Origin: Pelomyxa schiedti
Lineage: Eukaryota; Protista; Evosea
DNA: 64,000 bases
Reading direction: 5' to 3'
Assembly (NCBI GenBank): GCA_020536535.1
Contig: JAHLWZ010000690.1
Location: 1-64,000, forward strand
Shown here piece by piece: positions 34,901-53,418 of this stretch. How positions within the stretch are numbered: position 1 is the first letter of the stretch; every line of letters starts with the position of its first letter. The notes below the pieces were generated by a model, which saw nothing but the letters and a program-made list of their open reading frames with translations, ran no database searches and was not told the origin of the DNA. A program made the position numbers and the translations under genes.

Positions 34901-37440
34901 GATAGAAATAAGTCTCCTCGACGGGCCTCTGTCGAAGGAAGTACTGTAGATATGAAGGCAACTGTAGAAGAACCCGTGATGGAGAAGGCAGCACGAACTG
35001 AAACACCATATATAGAACACATTGTATGTATTTCGTTATTGCGTACATCTCCTTACTCGTGGACATAAAAAAAAGTCGGAGACACAGTTAGAACAGCAAG
35101 TTATGAAGATGAAAGAATACCTTGCCAACGTTGGGCGAGACAGAGCTCCTTCGTATCCTTCTATTCAAATCAAGGCAAGATTAATATACTCTCACTCACA
35201 CCTCTTAACATGTTGTAGCCTCATCTTGTGCTCTCACTTGAACCTGCTATGGTGAAACAAGTACCCTGCTCCAGAATATGGTCTCTGCTCCTTGTGAAGG
35301 GGGTTGCCTGGGTTCGTTTCCTTGCTATATCGGAAAGCTAACTGAATAACGAAACGACTACAGGTAGGTGGCGGCGAAGGAACTGTATTACTATGGGAGG
35401 CAGAGACTTTCAATCAATTTAGTGTTGTTCAACTACATGACACGCGAGTGTACTGTATGCTATTGGTAGGTGATTGCGTTTATGTGAGTTCTGAAGAGGC
35501 ATTTATCTTTATCGTATCTGCTCAGGTACCCTCCAATCCGCTAAATCCCGCTAAATCTCTTTAGAGTCTAGCCTTTCACAAAGTTAAAGTCCATGACAAA
35601 GGCCACGCAGTAATTAAGTGCATGGTTCCAGTTTCAAGTTCTACCCAAAGTGGCATTGCTGTGAGCAGTACCGGCGAGCTTTCTGGGCTTGGCTCTGGTG
35701 GTGCTGCTCCACATGTTTGGAGCTTTGGCTGCGGAATGAGTGGCACCCAGATATCAATTCTCTATGTGCGGTTTAAATACATTGTGTTATATTAACCTGA
35801 CTGTTACCAGAAAAATAAGCTGCACGGGCAAATCTCATTGCCTCATCAAGTCAATTGCGTTTGCGTTCAAGATAATACAGTCTGGATGGGGTGCTATGGT
35901 GATCTAGTGTACATTCCAAATGCTAGCAACTTCAACTTTACTGGCTCTGGAGTTGTTGAAGTCAAAGAAAGCGATTTGCACCTTAAACAACTATCTTTCT
36001 CACGCAGAAGGAAAGTTGGATCAATCATCTCAGTCGGTGTGCACATTCTCGCAGCTTGTGGGAATTCCATTTTTATATGTCATCAGGGGACGATAGTGGG
36101 TTATCCATTTATTTTGGTTGAAATTCACTTTGACCTAGGTCAATGAAATCAAGCAAGAGTCCGAAATAGAGCGACTATGCCTATTTCAAAACCTCATCTT
36201 ATCATGTCACTTCAACGGAACTATTGCATGCTGGGATCCCATCTGCAATTATCGCCAAGTGAGAGTTCTGAGTTTCCCCCAATCCCCTACCACAGCAAGT
36301 ACAGCACCAACAGCATCAGCAAGCTCAACTGACAAACCTGGTATGAAAAAGGAAACCACATCAGCTGAGTCAGCTGACCCAAACTTTGGCTGCGGAAAAC
36401 GGTTGGCAACAGTATTCCCAGACATGTACTCTTCCCGATTTGGGGAATGCGGAGTGAAGTCCATCCTGCCCGTCGTTCTGGAGGACAGCGCCGCAATCTG
36501 GGCCGGGAATACAGGCAACCTCCTGTGTGTCTGGAGACCCAGCCTTCCCCCATCCCTGATAGCCAGTGCCAGTGTCGGCCCCGGGTGTGGCTCCACAGCC
36601 AACCCCAGCTTCCGCGCCCTGACCTCCACGGCCACAAACCCCCGGCTCTTCGCCAACCCACTTAACCCCTTAGCTGTGCCCGCACCCCCGGTGTTCCCAA
36701 TCAGCGGCGAGTTTTCCTCCTCGACAGCTCCGCAAACCCCCCGGCAATCAGCAGCAACGCCATCACTCTTTTCAAACCAGCCTCCTCCGTGCTCCCCGCG
36801 GCTCAACAACGCCAACGCCAACACCACCAGCACCAACAACAGCACCTACCCTGACAGCATAGCCAGAACTCCCATGCTTCTCCCCCCTCCCAAGAAGGAT
36901 AACAACACCCGGACACCAACACCCAGCCTCAACCCACCAGCCAAGTCCCCAAGGCGCATAAAATCACCCACTGTTCTCCCCTCCCCTTCCCCGCATGTAG
37001 GTGGTGGAGCCAGCGGAAGTTCCGCGGACGAATCCGACATCAAGCACCACCACCGGCACCATCACCACCACAACAACAGCAACGAACACAACACAACAGC
37101 AACAGCTGCAGCGACAGGCACCACCACCACCAGCAACAACAACAACAACGGAAGCAGTAACCACCGGCACAAGCACCGGCACAACCAGAACAACAACCAG
37201 TCGGCATCACCAACCCCGTCGCCGTCGCCGTCCCCAACACCATCACCAACACCGTCGCCGGTTCCATCGGAATCATTCGGCAGTTGCGGCGGCAGTGGGC
37301 ACCCACCTGGTTCCGCATCACCTATAGCAACCACAACAACAACCACAACCACAGTGATAACACAAACATCAGTCACATCCACGGCAGTGATTGCACTAGC
37401 TCCGCAGACTCCCCGTGGAGTTACGGGAAGAAGGATTTAG
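31972..37440 (+). CDS. STE-group Ser/Thr kinase (Cdc15/MAP3K-epsilon-like) with long P/S linker and C-terminal beta-propeller-like region
   Basis: GRGAQSKV, VAVKKI, HRDIKAGN, DFG, GSPFW|MAPEV, SDIW|SLG; later WD-like VGGGEGTVLLWEA and IWAGNTGNLLCVW. Confidence 0.85.
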
Positions 37441-37621
37441 TGTGTATGTGTGCATACAGTGTAAGCCAAAACAACCAATCACCACAACACAAACCACAGC
37501 GTGGACTATTGAGTGTGTTTCGTTTTTGTGTTCCGGATAAGAAACAACTACAAGTATCACTTTTCTCGTCATCAAGAAAAACCAGAAAGCAACAACAAGG
37601 AATCAACGGTTCGGTTTGAAA

Positions 37622-39570
37622 ATGGACAACAACCAACCAAGTATTCCTACAACAACGAGTGGTGATAGTGGTACTGCAAGCCCTATCAGTTTCGTTTCTG
37701 AGGAACAACCACAAAATACTACTTACAATACTTGTGCTGATGCAAAACCCATCAACCATGCGCGTATGATATTGGGGCTGGCCCATGTTCTCTGGTTCAC
37801 AGTGATACCGAGGTCATTCCCTGCACTCGGGTTGGCTATTCCTTATTCCACAATTGATTTTTTTACTAGTTTGTTTGTAGTTCCAGTGACATTGGGGAAT
37901 TGATTTCCTGGGGCACTGCTATATTCCCACTGAAGTGCTTGGTTGCTAAAACCATCATGAAACTTGTTGGCCCAATCCTTGCCGTGGAGAAGTGCGCAGA
38001 ACACTCCTACCCTGGAACAGCACCCATGGTTCTGACTATAATACGCAATGCTGACACTGAACAACCTGAGGCATCACTACTACAACGAGGAACTGGCACT
38101 ACTACTGCACTAAGTGTGATAGGTAACCCAAAGTTAACATACTTGGCGGAAACGGCACTGAAGAGTGCTGTGACACATGACAGGTTGGAAGTTGTGGCAG
38201 CTCTGATTGAGAGACTCGAGATACCGCGAGATGTATTGGGCAAAATACTTCGGGCGGCCATTTACAATTTCAATCCTGGAATCGCACAGTGGATTGTAGA
38301 GCACCTGAATATGTCCTACCTGGAATTTTGCCAGCATGCTCCTGAAGGGCCAGTGTCATCAGGCCGCAATATTTCTTTTGGAAGCTGGCTTGTACAGAGG
38401 TACCATGATTCCATAACTTCTCCATTTCCGCACTGGATTCCAAAATTCCTGTGTACTTGCTGCTCTGAAGTCAGGCTTGACCTGGCTAAACTGGTGACCT
38501 CATATCTGCCTTCCCTTGTGGAGTGCAACCCATCAGACCGGCTTAAGGGAATGGTTGCATTGAGTTCCGCATACAAAAGCAAAATAGAGTTTGCAGAGTG
38601 GTACATACAGAAATATTCTATTTGGGAAATTGCCACACATGAGCGTATCATCGAAATCTATTTAGCTGCCTCTTCTGCGACTGACATTGAATACCTGGTC
38701 TGGTTGAAATCAGCACCAAAGAAAGAAGATCTGCCTCAGAACGATGTGATGGCATTTTTATGGATGACCATGGCTGAAGGTAATGCTAAAGTAGTGAATT
38801 GGATAACAGAGACATGGAAAATAACTGCTGTTCCATCAGTAATACCCAAAATTACTTCCTCACAATACCGGCTTCCATACAATGCACTGGCAGGTCTGGA
38901 AACCATCTGCAAAGTTGGAAACCTTGATATCGCTAAGAGAGCCAGCAACCTCTTTGATATGAGTCCGAGAGGTGTGTGCCGTTCTGAAATCGATGTGCAC
39001 TTGCTTGTTTTCACAGCCTGCTGCTATGGTCATTTGGAACTCGCAAAGTGGCTTACTTCAGAAGCACCATTCAGCATGATATCCAGCACAAGGGATTTCC
39101 TGGATGATGTACTTGGAGAGATATGCATAAACCACACCGATACAAAGCCAGAGGTAATCACCTGGCTGTGCCAGTTCATGGAGAACCCATGTCTGAAAGT
39201 AGAGCACGCTGTGGCGCAGTGTGGGTGGATATGTGCATACACCGTGGCCGAAGCCGGCAGGCTGACACCACCCCCTTCTGTGGCCATTGCCTCAGAGGAG
39301 CTGTGGAGGAGGGCTGTTGAGGACTGGGAGTTGTTCCTAGGGAGGCTGGTGTTCGCCTTTGTGAAGAGTCCAGACGACCTAAGGTTGGTGGTTGGGGAAG
39401 GGCACGGGGGCTGCAGGGGAATGTCAAGAATCCCAATGAGAGACATGGTATGGAAGCTGCTGAATAAAAGAATGTTGACCAAGAACCACCTTGAGACTGC
39501 CTTTATGTTTGCACCCCCAAATTCCAAACAAGCACGGTGGCTCCGGGCTGAACTCCAAAGGCTGGAATAA
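37622..39570 (+). CDS. Lineage-expanded ankyrin-like helical repeat protein
   Basis: 556-aa second exon with repeats such as TACCYGHLELAKWL, ICKVGNLDIAK, MAEGNAKVVNWI. Confidence 0.7.
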
Positions 39571-39615
39571 AGAAGCAATCCTATTCACATAAAATTTGCC
39601 AAAACAAAAAAAAAA

Positions 39616-41853
39616 ATGCACGGCGAGAGGCACAGGCAGCACTGTGTGATACTCACCGAGACGGACACCGAGTGGTTGTTCTCACGAGACACGGTGTGGG
39701 TGGCGGACGGGGGAGTTGGGGCCCACGGGAGGCGGGGCGGACCCACTGCCCCTTTTGGGCGCCGTCACCACCCCGGGGTGGATTGTGGGACGCCGCGCGG
39801 CGCCGACGAGGGTGCAAATGCGAATTCGGGGAATGCGGACGCTGTGGGGGTGGGTGTGGGTGGCGCCGACGCCGGAATTGTGGGACTTGGGGCCGGGGAC
39901 TTGGTTTCCGTCCAGTCACAGACTGACATTGTGTGGACAAAAGACAGGTGCGTGAATACAACCCCGGCCGCCGTCCGTGATGCCTGTGTTGGCGTCGACG
40001 AGTGCAAATTGTGGGAGTACTCTAGAAATGAATCAACTGAGGATTATGCTGCTTCCGGAGAGACAGGGGAATCCTGCACCCATAATTTTCTGGGGCAAGG
40101 CACAGCAAATGGCAGCCATTTGAGGCTGATGCACGAGTTGAATAAAAGTAGAGGAGAATGGTTGTGCGTGGACAACGCCTCACTCCCAATGCATGAAATG
40201 GAGAGGGAAGCTTACCGGCGGAGAGAAGCTGATTTACTCCGCGGGTCCCGTGCCGATTTTGTTTCCAAGATATCTATTATCGAGAGAATGACACTGCAGG
40301 CTACGGAACATGAATTGCAGGTTGCATTTAAAGGGGGGAGAATACCGGAGGGATGGCTACTGCCCAATAGCCATGATGAAGAAACAGACCCTGCCTATCT
40401 AAACCTCAACACACCCATTCCAACTCTATTCGAAATTACCTCACAGGCCGAACGCTTTGCCCAGCATTGTATGATAAGTTTGTGGAAATATGAGCAAAAA
40501 CAGAGTCTCAAAGTTCCTCGTCAAGTTTCTTGTATGTCCTGGAATGCCTTTCATAAAGTACAGTAAGATCAAGCTATTGATTTTGGAGATACTTACCATT
40601 TTCCAAGGAAATGGTCGCCGTATCCTATGTTCCCCGGAATTCTGTTTCCGGTCCAACACCTGGTGTGATTCTTGTGTGGTCTGCAAGCAATTCTCAGTAT
40701 CCACTTTTATCACTACATGCCCGGAACTCAGTTTTATCGTTGGCCTTCTCGACTCTTCACCCAGCTTTACTCGCTGGTGGCCTTGAGGATGGCTCAATCG
40801 CAGTATTCGACCTTCGCGCAACACCTTCTGGCCTTTATTCTTGTGTATCCAGTCCTATCACACATAGCTCTGCTGTGTGGGAAGTTCTCTGGGTGGAAAG
40901 AGGTATTGAAGGAGAGTACCTCGTATGTACCGGTTTCCTGTAGCGGTGCTTGCTAACAACTACAATCAGCTCTCTGCTGGCGCCGACGGCAAGGTTAACA
41001 AGTGGACATATTCCCAAGGTATTCTTTGCTTGAATGCACCCTAAAAAAGTACAATACACGTACCCTATCTCTTTCCAATCTGACGCACGAACGATAGGTG
41101 TTATTTCTCACGTGGAAGTTATTACCCGGTTTCCAAATGTTCCCAATACGTTCAAAACGCATGGGCTGACGAAATCTCACTTCCCACAATCTACATTACT
41201 GGCCAGTCATGCCGGTGTACTTTGCCTGGACGTGCACCCAGTACACAAAAATGTAGTCCCTCCTCCCCACTTAATCTAAAAAAAAAAAATTAAATCTGAT
41301 TTAATAACCCCATTCAGGTGATAATCGTCGGAACCGAAAGCGGTGTTTGCTTCAAGTACGTGAATCCCTACCAGCCAGTTCCCTACGCGGGGCACACAGC
41401 TCCCATAACCGCCTGTAAGTGGTCGCACTTTGAGGAGCATGTATTCGCCTCGTGCGGAGGTGACTGGCGCGTTTGCCTGTGGGATTGCAACAGCCCGTCC
41501 GCTCCCCTCACTGTGCTCAATATATCCAATACATTCCCTCCCACAGACCTTTGCTGGTACAAACAAGAACAGCACACTATCGCCGTATCTGTTGGGAATT
41601 CCGTCCAGCTTTGGAACACTTCCAAATCCACGTATCATATCTCTACAATACATTGATACCAAAAATCACTCACCCCCTTCCCAGGTTGGATCCCTTTGCC
41701 ATCAAGAAATTTACCTCGCAAGTATCTCGGGTTCTATTCTCCAACCACTACCCGGTTCTACTAGTAGCCACAACAAATGGCGCAATCCACGTGGTCAGGA
41801 TGCTATCTCCCCTTGTACAACTACAACAACAGAACAACACCGACTCGCTCTAA
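39616..41853 (+). CDS. Axonemal dynein intermediate chain-like WD40 protein (WDR78/DNAI family)
   Basis: VSCMSWN, ILVWS..YP, HPALLAGGLEDGSIAVFDLR, HSSAVWEVLW, SAGADGKVNKW, VGTESG, GHTAPITACKWS.F..VFASCGGDW. Confidence 0.75.
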
Positions 41854-42142
41854 ATACCCACACTAAACCATAATTCACTTGTTTGGTTGTGTTTCGTATT
41901 ATGCTACATTTGCAAAAAAAAAAAAAAAAAGCACACGCAACACTTCCTTCAGGTCTTCCTTTTCAACACCAACACCACGCACGCGTGGGAATTATGGCTT
42001 TGAAGGGCACACTTACAAAACCCAAGGAAAGCTGACAAGGAATAAATGGGCATTAATAACTCATCAACTTATGGTTTCCTTGTGAAGGAGAAGCTGTGGG
42101 TACATTTTTGTTTGTTATGTTTTGTTTTCGTTTTATTTTTTT

Positions 42143-47474
<5,332 letters not shown>

Positions 47475-47959
47475 GGTCTTTTTTTTTCCTTTTCGTTGCT
47501 TCGGTACTGTTGGTTCCCAGTAGACAACCTCAGCCACCGGAATATGGGTTCCTGTTAAAATGCATGGAGGCCCTGATGGTGCCACCAGAACCAGGCAGAG
47601 GAAGAGCAGGAGGGATTGATGAGGGAATTCACAGAAAGGTGATGGAAAATCCAGAGATCGGAAAGTCACCCGACGTTTTGCCACGAAAAGAAAGAAGTCA
47701 AGTTGACATCAACCACTTTGACACCGTTCCCCTGCGTCCAGCCTATAAAGATCCAGATCCCTCAAAACACAGAACAACCATAAAAAACCCCGAGGGGTTG
47801 TTGTGTTGCCGTTAAGCAAATATAACTAGTACTACACAGAAGGAAGTGAAAGAAACTGTACGAAGCAACCACCAAGCGTACATAATAGTCAATAACTTGG
47901 ATCGTTTTAATCAATATCAATCAAACATCCTCATTATTCTTTTTGCCCAACAGTAAGTG

Positions 47960-50159
47960 ATGGCTCTTTCGTGCTACAAAAATACTGTCCAGTTCTTCAG
48001 TACCGTGGTCCCACCGCTTCACCCCTTGTCCGTTTCTTCCTTTTCGTTTGCCTTTTTTTTTTTTCTTTTACTGTGACCATTCCTAACTTTTTCTTTAGGT
48101 GGGTTGGGTTGGGTGAAGGGCGAATGACTGGTTGTCCTTCTCCACACAGCCCGCTTTTGAACAACTTCCTGGAGCGATTTTTCACAAAGTACTCTTCTTC
48201 TTTCTTTACTCTGTCATGACTTGGCGACAGTCTTGCTACAAGTAATTGCCTGTCTCCTGATATGTTGGTGTTTGCCTGTTTACTGGCAGAACGCGCGGTT
48301 CTGGCCCCTCTGCCACAACTTCCTCCAGAGTCTCCCGTGTTCCAAAGTCCTACTACGACCAACGTTGCAGCCATTCAACGTGACTTGGCTGTAGCATCCG
48401 TGGTCGTTTCTGCCAAGTGTGTTAGGCAAATCCATTTAGGTTAGCTCATTTATGTGCAGAATTTTAGATGACTGCTTTGGCCCGGAGGAATTCATTAGGA
48501 TTGCCCAAGCCGCCCGGCTTTCAAGAGCCGATGTTTTATCCATGGAGACTACCTTCCTATCGAGGTGGCTTTCATTTGATTTATGGGTGGACCCAATGGA
48601 GTTTTCATTGTTTTCCGGTATGCTCAGTGAGTGGCGGTCTGTTCTGACTTCCCAAAGACAGATTGGAGCAATCGGGCTGGAGTTTCAGGCTTCCCATCCC
48701 ACCATCGCCTTCTCCATCTGGTCTTATCAGAAGCCCATCCAGTTATCCACGCTCGTTTGTCGAAGAATTGAATTCCCCTTCAGCACTCCCTCCGTTGCAT
48801 TTATCACAAAAGAGTGATGCTTCTAAAGCCTTTTCTGGGATTGGTCATACTCCTTCATACAGAGACCATACTAGCACACGAGTTTGCACAGTATCCACAA
48901 ATCCACAGCACTCTCTTGGAGTTTTCTGCAAAGTTTACTCCAATCCCCCCTCTCCTTCAGGCTTATATCCCCTTCCCGCCACCTCTCCTCATCTCAAACA
49001 TTCACCACGCTGCTCGCACTCGTCACCTCAGCTCATAGCACACGTTTCCCCACACACTTCACCGCGAAACAACACTTCCCAAATACTTGGTCCTGAACAC
49101 TTTTCAGCTTCCGCCTTCAGACCAATTCCACAATCACTCAACTCCAGCGGTTACCTTTCACCCTCTTTCCATGATATTCGCATGAAGTCACCTTCCGCAT
49201 CCCCCACACTCAGTCGCTCCTCAAGTTCTTCCTCTTGCTCACCCTCTCTATCACCACGTCGCATATCACCCCCGCAATCTCCATCACCACCTATTCCCTC
49301 GCCACGCTCAGTGTTATCATCATCATTACCCTCCAGACACCAAAAGATGCTACCCCCACCTAGGACCTCACCCGGAATGCAATCCATCACTACAATTCTC
49401 AACCTATGGCCCGACCTACCCCCGCCTGAATCCCGGCAACAAGTTCAACACACTACATGCTCGGGACCAAAGCCCACCGAGCACAGCATGGTGCTCCCTT
49501 CAATACAAAAAGCCCATAGCAACAATGTTCCGAAACTCCACCTGGAGTCAACACACAAGTTCTCAAGCAACTACCTCATTACCGATGCCGCGGACTTCCC
49601 ACCTCCCTGGGATCCCAGTGTCCTACAAACCCACAACCAATCCCCTCCCCCTTCTCCCTCCAAGGTCTCCTTCCATCACACGCAAATACACACACACATA
49701 AACAGCAGCAGTACCAGTACCAGCATCAACACAAACACCAGCAGCACCAACAACCGGAACAACCGGACCACCACCATCACCTCACTACTACCGCTCATTC
49801 CGATCACCACCTCGCCCACCCGCATCACAACCACAGCTATCGCCGACAACATCCTACAACCCGACTCCACAGACCGCGTATCAACGCCATCGCCATCGCC
49901 ATCGCCATCACCGACCACCACAAGCACCAGCACCACCACCACCAGCAGCAGCAAACTCCTCTCGGTGCACAAGAATAATTCCACCACGCAGCTGCTGCTC
50001 CCGGAGCCGCACCCGGAGCCCAGGAAGCGCAGCCGAAGCCGCAGCTCGCAGCAGCCCAGCGCCCCAGCCCACGACCCCCTGAGGGTGCTGCACTCCTCCC
50101 GCTCCGTCGAGTCCGGCCTCGCTCTGCTCGTGGGCGGCCGCATGGGCGACTCCATCTGA
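47960..50159 (+). CDS. PHO80/CNPPD1-like cyclin with long S/P/T-rich tail
   Basis: LAVASVVVSAK|ILDD..., LSRADVLSMETTFL..LSFDLWVDP.EF is a cyclin-box pattern. Confidence 0.7.
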
Positions 50160-50518
50160 CGATCCCGAGATTGAGGTGTCTGGTGCTGTAGTAGTAGCCT
50201 CGTTTCCCCGGGCAGCCCCGTGTGTGCCCGGGAGTTGTATCTGCCTAAAAACAACCAAGTGCTGTTGCAACAAAGTGGAAGATGTTGATTTCGGCTCCAC
50301 TCGGTGACATGCATCGAGAATCACAAAAATTTCCAGTTCAGACAAAGCGCCACCAACCGACAGGTCTTTCGGCCGTGAGAATTGTGATGTTGTTCCCGTT
50401 TCGTCGATGAAGATGAAATTGGGGCACCCCACAACACCCAACCGGTGCCTTTTTAATCGTCACTCACTGCACCTTTTTTCTAGATAATTTAAAAAAACAA
50501 AGCAAAAAACAACAAGGA

Positions 50519-51415
50519 ATGCGAACAGTTTTGTTCCTTTGCGTCGTCGTTGCCCTCGTTGCGGCACAAACAACGCCATCGGTATGTTTATATATCTGTA
50601 GATTATACGTTCCTATTGTCGAATATTTTCAATAGTTAGTGAGAAACTTACAACTCACTTAGTGGCCACCAGTGTTCTCTGCTAGTGTTATGCACAGCCA
50701 TGAACAGAATGGCAACGTGCAGAACAACTTCTACAGGTGGTTCTATGATGAGACCCAGCAAATTGAGCGAATGGACAGTGAGTACTTCCTCTGATGACAC
50801 GTGTGCTTGTAAGGCTCTTACCTCGTTTTTTTTTAGGCCAAGTAATGACCACCGAGCCAACAACGCTCACCCAGTACATTTACGTAAGTCTACATATCGC
50901 CTTTTCAGCAAATTCGTTAATGCGGATTACATGCAGTTCAATGTTGACCCAGCAGTCGAGTACCAACTTATTGCCACCATTGATGCTGTTGGTTGCACAT
51001 ATGGAGACATTAACGGAACTCACCTCCCTGAGCCAGTCTTCACCAACTACAAGTACATGGGCAAGACCTACGTGAACTATGTCCTCTGCTACCACTGGTA
51101 TGAAACACCTATCTTTGCACATTATTGTCTGTGGTTTTAACATCGGGAACATACAGGAACTACCAGGATCAGTACATGACAGCCGACCTCTGGGATACCG
51201 CTGATGATGCCCAGGAGCCAGTCAAGTGGATTGTCACCAACGTATGTCCATTGAATCCCTTTTCTTCCCAGTTCTAAAACGGGGAACTGTTGCAGCACAT
51301 GCCAGCAATGTCGGACACAATGATGTTCTCAGAGTTCGATGAGTGCGCTGCCGAGGACCCTGAGATCTTCATCATCCCAGATACAGTCCTTGCCATGTGC
51401 AACCCAAGGCCTTAA
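50519..51415 (+). CDS. Secreted ependymin-related (EPDR-like) protein
   Basis: Signal peptide; WPPVFSA, WFYD...ERMD, C..W, P..F.IP...C, a pattern typical of protist EPDR-like proteins. Confidence 0.55.
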
Positions 51416-51541
51416 AGTTAAAAGTAAAAGAAGAAACGCTTTGATTTAGAAAGGTTCCCGATCTTGCCTTTAGCGTTTCTTCGAGTTACGGTGAAAAGGC
51501 TGAGCAGTCCTTACCTTCACCAGTAATTTTTTTTGGGCCAC

Positions 51542-51864
51542 GAGTGACCCTCAACATCCCTCGGTGCATCCACAGTCCTTGCAGTGGCGGGTGGGACGTA
51601 GTATGGTCAATACTGCCCTGCGTCACCGCCACACAACAACAAACCACTTTTGGTCCACCCCAAGCCACCTTAAGCTCCAAGAACCACCTCGTTATACGAC
51701 AGTGCACATGTTGGAAGTCTCGGTGATTTGGCGTGACTTGAGGGTTCCTCAAGTCACCCTCATTTCCGGTCCATCATCGACTGTATGGAGAAGATTGGTG
51801 GTGGTTACTGGTTCTTGGAACATCGTGCCGCGACAGGGAGATCAGAACCGTTGAGGAGTGACTC
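51542..51864 (+). ncRNA. Candidate ~320-nt structured non-coding RNA of unknown class
   Basis: Nested stems: terminal GAGTGACCCTCAAC/GTTGAGGAGTGACTC, 11-bp TCCAAGAACCA/TGGTTCTTGGA, 11-bp hairpin GTGACTTGAGG/CCTCAAGTCAC, GTGGCGG/CCGCCAC. G-U pairs favour the + strand. Confidence 0.45.
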
Positions 51865-52039
51865 AGGTCATCATAAGAAGTAAGATCTTATGCGAGGATG
51901 ATTATAAATTTTGTTTTCATCTAGTGCAATTGTAGCGGCGCCTGACGCGTTCCCAGTTTTCTTTCGTCGTTCATTTTTAAAACAAAACCGTAGATCTACG
52001 TGCCGTCGTCGACCGTCGCCTTTTTATTCCCTCTTTTAA

Positions 52040-53336
52040 ATGGCCAAGGTAAACACCCCACTGTTTAGGTCGACAAATCGCGTGACTTCGCTCGTTTTTT
52101 TTTCTTTGCCGCAGGTGTTCGTCGGGAACCTTTCTTTCAAGACACGCGAGGCAAATCTCATTGCCGCGTTCACCCCAATTTCCAAAGTGTAAGTAAAGTT
52201 TAAACAAATAGCGTTCGTTTAACGCCTCTCAGTGTGTCTGCCAATGTTATCACTGACGGACCACGCTCTTTGGGATATGGTTTCGTTGAGTTCGAGAATG
52301 AGGAACTCGCCAGACGTGTCGTTGATGCCATGAACCATCGCGAGGTTGATGGACGCCAAATTAACGTTGAGTTGGCTCGCGCTCGCGATCCTAATGCGTA
52401 AGTGCGAAAAGTGTAACACATACATACACACAAACAAACAAACTTACAACACTCCCCACAGCCCCCGCCGAACTAGGCCTCGCCGCTTCAACCCAGGCTT
52501 CATGGGCTTCCCTATGATGGGATACCCAGCACGCAATGACTACATGGGCCTTGCTCCCCAATCCCAACCACAGCAAATGCCAATGCAACCAATGCAGCCC
52601 ATGCAACCCATGCAACAAATGCAACCCATGCAGCAAGTTCAACCCATGCCACAAATGCAGCAGATGCAGCCCATGCAACAAATGCAGGGAATGCAACCCA
52701 TGCCCTTCATGATGCCACCCGGCATGATGATGATGGCCCCTCGCTTCCGCCGTGCCCCCAGGAGACAACCCCTGACCCAGAATAAGTTTGAACCCTGAAC
52801 TCACTTATACCAAACCTAAACAATTAAAACTCAGGACCCCCTCCAAGACAACACTCTTTGTTGCTAATCTGCCATTTGCCGTCACTGACGATACTCTCAA
52901 GGAAATCTTCCAAGAGTTCAACGTCAAGGTTCGTCCCACATTTCTATGGCTTTTCAACTTCTCACCACACCACAGGAAGCGCGCGTCATGACCCGCGTTA
53001 ATGGAATGAGCAAGGGCTTTGGCTTTGTTGAACTCGCCAGCGAGGCGGATCAAACCAGGGCCTTGGAAACCCTGGACAAGGTTGTGGTAGACAACCGAAC
53101 CATTTTCATCAAGCAAGCTTTTGCTGAGCCATGTATATTCCCTCTTTCACCACGTAAATCGCAACGCACATGCACGCGCGAACACAAAATCACAACCCGC
53201 GAAAAGCAAGCAACTGTTTCTTGTAACACTAACCATTACCTTATCATCAGTCCACAAGCCACAAGTACAGACCTTCACCACCGCACCCACCGGCACAGTC
53301 CCCCCCGTTGGTGAGCCCAAGACAAACTCCCACTAG
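52040..53336 (+). CDS. Two-RRM RNA-binding protein with QPM-repeat linker
   Basis: [16 protein letters not shown]; [17 protein letters not shown] (RNP2/RNP1 twice). Confidence 0.9.
52573..52705 (+). repeat. 9-bp coding repeat (Q-P/Q-M)n
   Basis: [25 protein letters not shown]... Confidence 0.85.
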
Positions 53337-53418
53337 AGTCCCATTGAACAACAACAATAAAAAAAAAAAAAGAAAATATCATACTATCTGTGGCTTTTTT
53401 TCTTTCTTATTGGTTGGC

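Noticed and set aside
35153-35218. Apparent GT-AG U12 intron (GTATCCTT...CTCTTAAC...TAG) in the kinase gene
   Set aside because: The phase-2 donor leads into a frame that stops. The downstream exon needs phase 0, which fits a GC donor at 35175 or a GT at ~35130.
37616-37903. Possible frameshift or stop readthrough between adjacent ORFs (alternative genetic code)
   Set aside because: A normal GT-AG intron (~37831-37880) joins the frames; conserved genes translate in the standard code.
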